A stretch of DNA of 63,505 nucleotides, the filler included, from Kipferlia bialata (lineage: Eukaryota), in the NCBI GenBank assembly GCA_003568945.1. It is 6 parts of 6 records of this genome, joined end to end, with 100 filler letters (N's around TTAATTAATTAA, not from the genome) between each part and the next. Parts side by side here need not be neighbours in the genome. Positions count along the whole stretch, not along the records: positions 48,345 to 60,320 come from BDIP01001151.1; positions 60,421 to 63,505 come from BDIP01001232.1; 4 more parts are not named here. One strand, written 5' to 3'. Under the pieces are notes generated by a model. It did not search any database, had not been told where the DNA came from, and saw only the letters and a program-made list of their open reading frames with translations. This document shows, piece after piece, positions 48,980-60,770 of this stretch. Within the stretch, counting starts at the first letter, position 1. Each line of letters starts with the position of its first letter. Both the position numbers and the translations under genes were made by a program.

Positions 48980-51462
48980 CACCTGTACCTGCACCTTGCG
49001 AGGGAGTTTCTTACGCTCAAGACCCCACCCCCTGGGCATTAACTGACAGAACACGCATACATACAGGGGAACATGTGTACAAATACCACACACATATGCA
49101 AACCAAGTACGATTACGACACCGGTATAGCAAACTCGGAGGGTGGTATACAACTGATACACACCTGAGGAGTACATATACGTAGGAGACACTGATACTGA
49201 CACTGATACCTGAGGAGGACTGATATGGTGAGGCTTGGTATGCAGTCTGGGAGCACATAACACAGCGGAATGTACAGGGGGCGGGGGAGGTAGTTGCCTG
49301 GGCATGAGGTCCAAACTGACTGATACTATAAGGTCCATACTGACTGATAACATGGGGATGGGGCACATACAGAACATACATCAGCATCGGTATCAGGTGG
49401 CGACACTAACATACACAATACTTCACCAGAACCCGCCTTTGAACCTGCTCTTCACACCAATTACAGGCAATGTACATATAGCAAGCTATACAAATATATG
49501 TACCTCAGTACGCTGTGTGTACCTGTGAGTGGCCTGTGTGCAAACCCAAATGCCCTACACAGGGAACAGACGGCACCGACACTGGATGCAATGCCTAGAG
49601 GTCAGTGCCCATGGAAGGATGGACATACGTATATGTATATATATGGATATACATATACATATGTGGCAGGTACTGACACTGAAATACTGCACCATGCAGC
49701 ACACCTATACACTCATACCTATGTACATAGACACATTCCTATACACTCATACTAATTCACATATACACATACCTATACACTCATACCTCTATACATAGAC
49801 ACCACCTATATACTCACACCTATAGGCATATATACCCATACCTACGTGGAGTGACAGGTTGTGCATCTCTGGGGATGCCTTGAAGGACATGGCCTGCCTG
49901 AAGACATCAGGGGGGAGGGGTATACATACTAGTATACATATACAGATATAGAGATATCCAGACACCTCAGCTCCCGTATCATGTGGAGACCCCCCAGTGC
50001 AAAGAGCAGGGATATGAACACCCCTGCCAGGGCCATGAAGATTGTGTTGAACTCATAGAAGGGATGGCCCTCCCGCTCATCGGGCTCCTGAGAGTGGGAG
50101 GACACACCCACCCACACACAAACTCATATATACACATGATATGACATGAATGGGTAGGTAATAGCCAAGTGGGTTCCACGCCGAGGGCAAACAGGACATA
50201 TAGACATATAGGTTACTCACCACAATACCATAGTATACTAGAGTATCAGAATAATAATACATACAGACACTGTCACTGCCACTGATAGCATATAGAGTAT
50301 CAGTCTGAGCATGGTATCAGTATAAGTCTATCAGTCTTTCAGTCTATCAGTGTGTCTACCTGGAACGAGTACCACACTATGATGGCCAGGACCCCACCCA
50401 CCACAGCAGCAGAGGTCCAGGTCACAATGTGGAAGGAGAGGGGGCGGCGGGAGGAGTACTTGCTGCTAACCAGGAAGCACCTGACAATTGAGTATATATT
50501 AGGGGGAATACTCTATGGGATGTCCATTAGTGGCAATAGAGTACTGGTCACTGGAATGACAGGAAGAGAATGTACACTGATCATATGACACATGGCAAAT
50601 GACATATGATCAATGAGCCTGTCACAGCATATATTGTGCACATATAATGGCTGTCATCATGCACCTGTTGCATGACCTATATCCATAGTGTTATGTCCAT
50701 ATGGACTATGCACGCACCTGTTGCAGTACAGGCTGAAGGACAGGAGCAGTATTATATACAATGTATACAATATCATGTAGTATCAGTATTAACTGTCATG
50801 TACCTGTTGCAGTACAGGCTGAAGGATAGGAGCAGAGCAGCCATGGATATCCTGGGTCAGTAGGGCACATGCCTAGAAGGGGGTGGGGAGGGGTGGGGCG
50901 AAAGAGTGATAGGAAATAGATTGAGACTCAATCCTTGAGTGGGACTCAGAGAGGTAGGGAGGGGTAGGGAGAGGGATGGATGCCCATATCCACAGGAGAG
51001 ATGTAGGCTCCACCCGTTACCTGATACCAACACATCAGATGGGGAATACATCGTGCAATACCTGTTGATGGCAAAGTCGAAGTGGGTGTCGTCGATGTAT
51101 CTCCGTGCCACGACCCACCCTATGCGGCACAGGTGGCCCAGGCAGGCCAACAGAAGGGTGGCGGTGTCCCTGGGATCAGGAGGGGAGATATTCTGGCATG
51201 GATATCGAGCAAGGACCAAAGGCTGAATAGGGAGAGAGAACAGCCATATACATGTGGTCAACACCAATAGGTGACATGAAAGTATATCATGTACTACACC
51301 GATGGGGGGCAGAAACAAAGCATGGATAGTTGCAGAATATACCCACCTCGGTGTTGCCCTCCGGGACTGGTGGAGCCTCACACACACATATGCTGCCACC
51401 ACCAGTGCCACGCCCTCGACCCCACACCCGAGACCCACCTCCAGGGGATACAGCACGCCCAT
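48980..51462 (-). CDS. THH1/TOM1/TOM3 (GPR137-like) seven-transmembrane protein
   Basis: Seven hydrophobic segments. Motifs HLCRIGW, FAINR, EREGHPFYEFNTIFMALAGVFISLLFALGG, CSLCRAFGFAHRPLTG and LCYVLPDCIPSL. 3' end approximate. Confidence 0.65.
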
Positions 51463-51919
51463 GTCGACCTGGGGTCAGATATACACACTATACATACTGT
51501 CAGTGGAGACATAGACAACAGTGTCGAGGAGGGAGAACCATATGAATACTACAGACAAAGGCACTTGTTGGCAACTATGCATATCTGACTTACACTCTCA
51601 ATGACACTTCTCTGGGAGTTACAACCACCCCACGGTCTGGTAACCGTCGAACAATAACTCTATTAGTAATTCAACCCCAACCTAAGGATTGGACTCAGTG
51701 AGTCCACAGATCCGCGGAGTCTAGAGGAACAGGGACAGTATTTGACTAGAAACATGTCTTAGAGTTCTAAGACTTAGACATGACACATGAGAACCCTTTT
51801 TTCGTTTTTAGAACTGTCTCAGCTGACTCAGTCTGAGGACCTCTCCAGTCAAGGTTTGTGAACTCTAGGCGTGGAGATCATAGTGGTGATTCTACAAATC
51901 TATCTGTAGCCCCTAGACA

Positions 51920-52869
51920 ATGTATACTTCACATGGGTCACAAGGCGTGGGGGCTGAATCTAGAGAACAGATTGTACTGGGTCAGGAAGCTTTTGCTGAG
52001 ACCACCCGCAGCCATATCCGCAGCCAGCTGGACACCACCTCAAGGATTGAGGCCAGCCGCCTGCAGGACCGTTATCGTAGTGTTCAGGATCTAGAGAGGG
52101 AAATGATGCATAGGTCAGTATGGGTGTGTCCTTCCATCTCAATGCTACTGGCCGTTTGGAGTTATTACGGTTTGAGTCGCGACGCCAAGGATGTGTATTT
52201 ACCGACATGCATGTGTGTGTCTCTCCACTCTTGGGGATATCTCTGTATATAAGCATTCTGCCGAATGTATTGTTCACTCTTTCTGACCTGGATGTCTCTT
52301 GTTACTGCAGGTGCACGTACGTGGTACTGATAACAAGTCTGTGATATCAGTGACCAGGTCACTTCATAGGTTGTCATGTGTGTATCTAACCTTACTCACC
52401 ATCAGGCAGGAGGCCGCCATTGTCGAGGACTTCGATGACTATGTGGATGAGTCCTACAACGTGAGGTCCATACCCATTGAGCCTCTGCGGCTGACAGACT
52501 ACTCTACAGATGAGGGGTACCTGCCCGAGGAGAGGTACGCGAGTGTGTATGTGTGGGTGTATGGACGTATGTATTGTCTCTGTGATGGTGGGTGTACGTG
52601 ATTGGTATGAATGGTTTGCCCGAGTACCCACGCCAGGGAGGATGATATGCTGGAGAGAGAGAGGGAGAGGGAGAGGGAGGACATCCTGCTGTGCCGCCAG
52701 GCAGAGTCTCTGTCGCGGCTGAGGAGTGAGTTCAGCCAAGAGATGGAGGCAGCCCAGGGGATACCCCTGCCAGAGCACGAGACAGAGAGTGACACTGAGA
52801 GGGAGAGGGAGACCGAGACAGTGCCCGAGGGCATGGGGAGGGAGCTGTTGGTCATGGCAATTGAGCTAG
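51920..52869 (+). CDS. Acidic coiled-coil N-terminal region, possibly the start of the MIB-HERC2 gene across the N gap
   Basis: ATG at 51920 and spliced exons (…LEREMMHR, EAAIVEDFDDYVDESY…, …LLVMAIEL|). Ends at the 52934-53865 N gap. Confidence 0.55.
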
Positions 52870-53966
52870 GTATTGGCGCATATGTATGTACCCCCCCCCC
52901 CCCCCCCCCCCCCCTCCTGCGGGGGGGGGGCGCNNNNNNNNNNNNNNNNNNNNNNNNNNNNNNNNNNNNNNNNNNNNNNNNNNNNNNNNNNNNNNNNNNN
53001 NNNNNNNNNNNNNNNNNNNNNNNNNNNNNNNNNNNNNNNNNNNNNNNNNNNNNNNNNNNNNNNNNNNNNNNNNNNNNNNNNNNNNNNNNNNNNNNNNNNN
53101 NNNNNNNNNNNNNNNNNNNNNNNNNNNNNNNNNNNNNNNNNNNNNNNNNNNNNNNNNNNNNNNNNNNNNNNNNNNNNNNNNNNNNNNNNNNNNNNNNNNN
53201 NNNNNNNNNNNNNNNNNNNNNNNNNNNNNNNNNNNNNNNNNNNNNNNNNNNNNNNNNNNNNNNNNNNNNNNNNNNNNNNNNNNNNNNNNNNNNNNNNNNN
53301 NNNNNNNNNNNNNNNNNNNNNNNNNNNNNNNNNNNNNNNNNNNNNNNNNNNNNNNNNNNNNNNNNNNNNNNNNNNNNNNNNNNNNNNNNNNNNNNNNNNN
53401 NNNNNNNNNNNNNNNNNNNNNNNNNNNNNNNNNNNNNNNNNNNNNNNNNNNNNNNNNNNNNNNNNNNNNNNNNNNNNNNNNNNNNNNNNNNNNNNNNNNN
53501 NNNNNNNNNNNNNNNNNNNNNNNNNNNNNNNNNNNNNNNNNNNNNNNNNNNNNNNNNNNNNNNNNNNNNNNNNNNNNNNNNNNNNNNNNNNNNNNNNNNN
53601 NNNNNNNNNNNNNNNNNNNNNNNNNNNNNNNNNNNNNNNNNNNNNNNNNNNNNNNNNNNNNNNNNNNNNNNNNNNNNNNNNNNNNNNNNNNNNNNNNNNN
53701 NNNNNNNNNNNNNNNNNNNNNNNNNNNNNNNNNNNNNNNNNNNNNNNNNNNNNNNNNNNNNNNNNNNNNNNNNNNNNNNNNNNNNNNNNNNNNNNNNNNN
53801 NNNNNNNNNNNNNNNNNNNNNNNNNNNNNNNNNNNNNNNNNNNNNNNNNNNNNNNNNNNNNNNNNATATAATTGTATATGTTCCCTTATTTGTATATGTG
53901 GATCCGCTATCTCCCCCCCCCCCCCCACCCCCCTCGTTCCCTCATCCCCAACTGATTAATGCACAG

Positions 53967-56900
53967 GAAAGCTACACCCTGGTAGCGAGGTGATCAGGGG
54001 TAGGGACTGGGAGTGGGGCAACCAGGTGGGTGTATGTCTACATGCTGTAGACAACTACGCTGTCTCTTGTGGGGCAACGTGGTATATGTATATGTGCCAT
54101 ATAATTAACTATATATATTATACTATGTATAGTATATAGCATATAATATATACATACTAGATGACAGTGCAGTAGGAGAGTAAGACAACCATCTATTTTC
54201 CCCCCCATACCCACAGTATAGATTTATACACTAATATATATAGATACACCCAGATAGCTTTGACCTCGCCTTCCTCTCTGTGAACCTCTGTCCCTCTGTC
54301 CTCCCCTGTCTACCCATCTCTATCCCATTTCTCCCTCTTTCTAACACCATTCCTGCCTATATATAGATGAGGATAGTAGGGCAGGGAGGGGGGGGGGGGG
54401 GGACTTTGAGAGAGAGATAAGAAGAAGAAAACCTACAGTCATCTACTCACCTGATACTGACACTGATACTGATGCCAGGATGGAGGAGACGGTTGCAGAG
54501 GCACCCTGCTAGGCCCCCACAAGGGCGAGGGGTGGGTGGTGGTCCATTGGCACGAGACAGGTACCCCCCCCCCCTCTCTCTCTACTATTCTCATTCACAC
54601 ACTTTCATCGGACACCTATTCATATATGAATATTTCTGGTCAGTCTGATGGGACATTATTGTACATTGTAGATGGTGACTGTTTGTAACTACATCTCTGT
54701 CTCTCTTTCTATGTGTGTTGACACAGGCGAGCGTGAGGTGTACCGTGCCGGTGCCCATGCACTGTATGACCTTCTCTACGTACCAGGCAGGATTGAAACA
54801 ACCACTCCCTTACAGTCCAGTACCTCTCAGACGGTATCCAGGTGCATATATACAAGATACATATATATGCCCCGCATGTGCCATTGACCCCTGTCCACGT
54901 GTATTACCACCCAAAGGGCTCTCCACCTATTCCCTGAGCATTCCTATCTGTATACCCCCCAGTCTGTTATTGACTCTCAGTATCAGTATCTATATAATGG
55001 TAATACTGATACTGACTCTCAAGGCCCCCTCCCGAAGGAGCTGTGCACGCCGGTGGGTCCTGCAGACGTGGTGCCTCTGTGTCCAGGGGTAGGGACTGGC
55101 GGTGGGAGGACCAGGTATATATGTATGGATATGGGTACACTCTCCACACCAGGGTGGGGTTGTATGGGATTTCTGTTTGTTTGCTATCCTCACCTCATAT
55201 ATATATATATACAAATATATTTGTACACATGTATATATACACATGAGTATTGGAACATGCCCCCCTGACCAATAGGACGGCCATGGCCTGGGTGTGCTCC
55301 TGGACAACGTAGCCTCTGCCCCAGGGTGGGTCAAGGTCACATGGGGCAACGGACTGACCAACCACTACAGAGCAGGTGGGTGATTCTGTGTCTTGCAGTA
55401 TGTGTCATTCACTATACTATGGTCTTCAAGTATATTTGGTTTACCTTCCCTTCTTCCTGGATTTCCAGATTGTCTCAGAGTTCGTAGTCCCCGCCCAGGC
55501 TGGGCCCCAGCCATCATCTTGCCTTAAATGTTCCCTCTCCCCTTCACCCCCAGGTGCTGACGGGGCCTTCGACCTCCAGTATGCAGTGAGTGACAGGAGA
55601 ACTGGTACGTCCCTCTCTCTGACACTGTATATGCATAATGTTTGCACATCAATATATATGCATAGTAAAATATGTATAATCAGCAATGCTCAGGATCGAT
55701 TGCATTAACAGACCCATTATCAGTTCATTGTCATTGCGTGTATTCTCACTAACTAGCAGGGACGCCTATGTACCGGCGTATGGACACTCGTACTCCAGCA
55801 TCACTTGTATCTTCCCCTGTCTTGGACCTTGTCCCTGACTACGTCCCCACTCCCATAGAGTTCCTGCCTACCCAAGCCGCAGAGGAGTCTTCCTTCTCTG
55901 ACTCAGACCCTTTCATCAGAGCTCCCATGCCCCCTTCTTTCGGAGAGATGTATCCCCCTGTCCCCCAGAGGAGAGACAGAGAGATAGATTGGGACAAGGC
56001 TGTGCCACTTATAAGTGAGGTGGGTATTGGCTAGATCTATACATATGTCTTCACTCGTTTCATACGTTACTGCTTCACCCTCCTGCTACTCATTTCAGAC
56101 ATCCCCCGTTCAGTCAACCCCCGTCAAGGCACCGAGCGCTCCAGCAGGTTAGTATCAGCTAGATGCAGTATCCTCTTCTTTGCGTGGGGTATTCAATATG
56201 ATGTCATATAATGTCTTTGCATGTCTTTCCATGTCTTACCCATGTCTTACCCATGTCTTACCCTGTCTTACCCTGTCTTACCCTGTCTTACCACCAGGCC
56301 AGACCAAGCTGGAGAAGGCTGCGTCCTCCAAGGTGGCAGGCCTCCTGTCGATATTTGTGCCCCTAGTGGACAAGGTGGGTAGATATACACATTCATATAC
56401 ATACGTAGTACCTCTAGGATATGTATGCAAGCGCTGACCACAGCTCTGCACCCCTATCAAGAACGGGGAGAGCACCAAGGACGCCGCCAGGGAGCTACTG
56501 GAGAGGGTGCAGTACAGTGAGGTATTGTCTAGTATTGTCTAGTCAGTACGTCCAACAAGACAATACGCTATTTCACCATTAGGAGACACTCAAAATCGTG
56601 CAAAACCTCGTGGAAGCCAATGAAGAGTACGAGAAGGTGTGCGGAAAGAGTCTGAAGAAGGTAACACGACTGAGAAGGAACAATCTACCATGTATACCCC
56701 CTTTCGTCTCGGTTCCAATTCACAGGCCAACAGTGTACTCAACGAGGTCTATGCAACTGTCAGAGACTTCAACAGCAAGGGCGCTCTGGGACACGTGCTT
56801 AAGAGCAGTGACTTCCAGGTGAGACGTTACTGATACATTGATCTCTACTCCTCCCAATGCCATCACTATGATCTTCACTAGCCAAGTATGATATTGGTAG

Positions 56901-57383
56901 CTGTGTGGCCATATATCTGCGTTCCCGCATCTGTCCCACTCCCCCGTAACCACTAATCCTTAGGACAAGCTGACGCCTCTCAACACATCCTTCGCTGATG
57001 CCATCGTGGCAGTCACATGCTCACTCACTGCTGTAAGGGCGGTCCAGGCCAACGAGGTATGGGAGGGTGGCACTCATTGGCAATTACACTACTCACTCAT
57101 TGGTCCTTGTGCTTTTTGACTCATCCCAGGACCGTGTGAACCGTGCCAAGATGATGGAGAACCAGCATGTGATCATGAAGGTACCTTGATTGGATCATAT
57201 TTGTATATTTCACTATATATACTACTATATATTGCAGGGTCACCTCGTCTCTTGTTGCTAGAAAGTGAATATCCTCGAACCTATTGATATTGATTTGACA
57301 TGCAGCAACTATCTCACCTCGACATCGGAAACTGCGAGAGCAACAAGGTCATAGATCACACCGCAACCCCACTCATGGTATAG
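53967..57383 (+). CDS. Protein with two tandem MIB/HERC2 domains and a C-terminal MLKL-N-terminal-like four-helix bundle
   Basis: GSEVIRGRDWEWGNQ|DGGDGCRGTL...GWVVVHWHET|GEREVYRAGAHALYDL and GASVSRGRDWRWEDQ|DGHGLG...GWVKVTWGNGLTNHYRA|GADGAFDL. Then STKDAARELLERVQ...SLKK|ANSVLNEVYATVRDFNSKGALGHVLKSSDFQ|DKLTPLNTSF. Probable stop TAG at 57381-57383. Confidence 0.8.
56218..56292 (+). repeat. Intronic 10-11 bp minisatellite (c[a/c]tgtcttacc)n
   Basis: About seven tandem units immediately before the acceptor at 56297. Confidence 0.85.
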
Positions 57384-57753
57384 ATGAGACCATACACATC
57401 ACTCACGACGACAGAGTAAGTGTATAGCTGTAGGTGTTGCACTCTTACCAATACATGTGTCGCAGTTGACCCGTGTTTCCCTCGCTCAGATAAATGTGTA
57501 CATTATAGTGGAGGGTTCAAGTTGCTACTGTCTCTATGGTGTTTGAATGGAGTCTGTTTGGGACCCCTAAGATCATGCTTTTGCAGAGAGAGAGTACAAT
57601 CAGTATCAGTATCAATGATCAACGTAACGTGAAGTGGTGATGCCGCAATGCACACCAAGAATATTGGACTCGATCTATTACATCGAGCGTTAGTTAATTC
57701 GTGCGGTATTACAATACAATCATACATGGGACCAAACTGACACGCCCCACCCC

Positions 57754-59370
57754 TCACACCCTCTTGAGCACCACTACCATGGAGTCCTCAGGCTCAAACT
57801 CCTCATACCGATGCATAGAGACAACGGTAAACAGACCCTTGATGGCAGTGGCCAGGGTCTCCTCGGTGTGGTACTGGTGGAGGAGGGTGCCTGGGGTGAG
57901 ACGGTGTATGTCGATGTATATATAGAATACACTACTTACATATGTATATATATATATGGTACTGGTGCAGGAGGTTGCCTGGGGTAAGGGTATTGTATAT
58001 ACATACACACACATATATATATATGTATAATTATATACTATGTACATATATATACTACTATTATACTGATGAATGAGGATACCTCAGTGAGTCGGTCTGA
58101 TATACACATAGTGATATGCGTTGGTAGGTGGGATATTTAGATACACACACACACAGTGTCACTCTAACCTATGAGAATAATAACGCTATGTATATAGGAC
58201 TAGATCCCGACATGTGAACAGAGTATATATGTCTACACTATATTCACACATACTATCAGCACCAGTATCCACCAGAACTACATCCACCCACCACTGACCA
58301 TTATACACAATATACTGTATATACACATCCCCCCACCTGTCATCATTGAGTCTGTCCCATACCACAGGGAGTGGCACGCAAGGCCCCCCTCCTAGAGGTC
58401 AGGGAGAGGAGTGTGTAAAGGGTAAAAACAGACTCTAAACTATATGTACTGGCTCAGTACTATAGCGACACGGCCACCCTTCTAGGCAATAGGAGAGAGG
58501 ACTACACGAGAGTTGAATGTGTGACGTCAGAGTAGAATCAAATATACCTTGAGCAGCCTGTGCTGTGACTGGAAGGACGCCCTGAAGGAGGGGAAGTCCA
58601 GGTGCTGAAGGACCTTAGGGTGAGAGGGGTGTGTGTATATGACGGAATGTAGAATCTGTACACAAAACTCGTTGCCACAAACCTTGTTTGAGAAAACGAC
58701 GTCTCTAGAGGCAGGAGGCAGGTTTATATCAGATGCATCCACGGTGACAGCAGAGAGGCCTAGGGACTGGAGGCGCTTGACAAAGAGAGAGGAGTGGTCT
58801 GAGTGTAAGAGAGTGGGAGAGAGAGGGGGATAGGAAGGGGCAGACAAGAGGGTTAAGCTGAAACAGAGAGTATTCTGTAACTGTATTGGTGTGTGAAGGA
58901 ATGGGGGAGGGGGGGGGGGGGAGAGAGAGAGAGAGAGAGACAGACAGACTCAGAGACGTAAAGAAACAAGATTCGGTGTGACCATCATTCAGGTACAGGT
59001 CAGTATTGTAGGCATATTACCAACCAAACAGATCAGCATAAGGACTCATATATAGGATGGCTTAGAGGCAGGGAATGCCAGTGACGGAGGGCCAAACGTC
59101 TAATAATAGTATAGCAACTGTGATATATACTTGTGTATGCACCACACACCCACCTGAGAGGAGTGTGTCCTTGAAGAAGCTGCTGAGGTACTTGCCGTCT
59201 GTGCCGGGTCCAGACCCCAGCTCCAGCACACTACTGGCAGCTGTGTCCACTCCCTGCACCTTGCACTCAGAGACCAGGGTGTCTACCAGGTGGTACCCGT
59301 CACAGCCCTCACAGGAGGCAATGTACTTGTCCACGTTGGTCTGGTCCTCGAAGAATGGGGTGGGGGTCAT
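57754..59370 (-). CDS. Class I SAM-dependent methyltransferase (5 exons)
   Basis: ATG at 59370. Motif I VLELGSGPG, then LS|DHS, VDASD, DVVFSNK|VLQHL, LLK|EGGLACHSLW and YEEFEPEDSMVVVLKRV*. Confidence 0.9.
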
Positions 59371-59533
59371 TGTATCCAGAGTTAAGTGTATTAGGAATGG
59401 TGGGTGGAGACTCTCCACTGGAGAGGCAATGGATTTCCTAGACCCTCACAATCAAAAAGACGATTGGAGTACGGCCCACTCAGAGTGGGCCTCTTAATGG
59501 TCTATTGAACATGAGCTGTCTCTCGCTCTGCCC

Positions 59534-60295
59534 ATGATATCAGAGCCAGATGTGAACCTCATCAGTATAGTGTGGATGTGCGTGGCTGTGGTGGTGTTGC
59601 TGCTGCTGCTGAGTGGCATCAGCGCCCCCTATGGCAGATACACCCCCTCCTCCTGGTCACTCAATCTGCCTAACAGGACAGGGTGGGTGCTGATGGAGCT
59701 ACCCTCTCTCTTGATCATGGCCGTAGCAGCCGGGGGGTGGGTCAGGGGGGTGTACCCTCTGATGCTGGCTGGGGTGTGGATACTCCACTACACATATAGG
59801 TGTGTGTGACAGGTGTTGGTAAAGTGTTGGTGTCTCTCTACTGTTTTACCCCTCTCTCACCCAAGGGCTCTTGTATTCCCCTTCCGCCTCCGCACCTCTG
59901 GGAAGCGCATGCCCCTCATCCTAGCCCTGGGGTCTATACTGTTCAACGCAGTCAATGCCACACTGAATGGGTACTACCTGGCATTCTATCAGCCAGACAC
60001 CACCCTTGTATCAATCAGAGTGCTCCTGGGCCTTGGTGTAGTGGCCACAGGTACATACACCCACATAGTGAGTGACTCATACCTCATGTCCCTGAGGCAG
60101 CCTGGGGACACTGGCTACAGCATACCCACCCACCCCATGTTCAAGTATGTGTCATGCCCAAACTACGCGGGAGAGATGTTGGTGTGGGTGGGGTACAGCA
60201 TACTGGCTCTCTCCCTGCCTGCTCTGTCATTCCTAGTGTGGACAATGGCCAACCTGGTACCCAGGGCTAGGCAACACCACAGGTGGTATAGGGAG
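59534..60295 (+). CDS. SRD5A: 3-oxo-5-alpha-steroid 4-dehydrogenase (SRD5A/DET2 family), last exon missing
   Basis: APYGRY, GWVLMELPS, HYTYR|ALVFP, SDSYLMSLR.PGDTGYSIP, FKYVSCPNYAGE and ANLVPRARQHHRWY. Intron at 59800-59865. Confidence 0.93.
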
Positions 60296-60436
60296 GTATG
60301 TCATCCCCCCCCCCCCCCTANNNNNNNNNNNNNNNNNNNNNNNNNNNNNNNNNNNNNNNNNNNNTTAATTAATTAANNNNNNNNNNNNNNNNNNNNNNNN
60401 NNNNNNNNNNNNNNNNNNNNATCCACCCCCCCGCAA

Positions 60437-60468
<32 letters not shown>

Positions 60469-60770
60469 TGTCCCATTCATTTGTGATATCAGACACTATA
60501 TATATACTCTATTATACTCTATATATATCACCAATAATTCCAAATAGTATATACTATATATACTGTACTATACGATACAGCTACTATACACTATACACTA
60601 TACACTATACACTATACACTATGTATATTTACTCTTGAGCATTCATACCATTTCCACTCTGACAGATAGGCAGCCGCCCGTAGCAGCCTCCCTGTGCTCT
60701 GACTTCACCATTACACACATATATATGTATATGCATTCGTATCCCATACTATTCACTGTCTGACGCTTAG

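Noticed and set aside
43808..51462. Apparent cluster of three 7TM genes
   Set aside because: The third gene lies beyond the 48245-48344 linker on an unrelated contig; only the first two are linked.
52611..53993. Long ORFs of 330-460 aa
   Set aside because: They consist mostly of X residues across the N gap.
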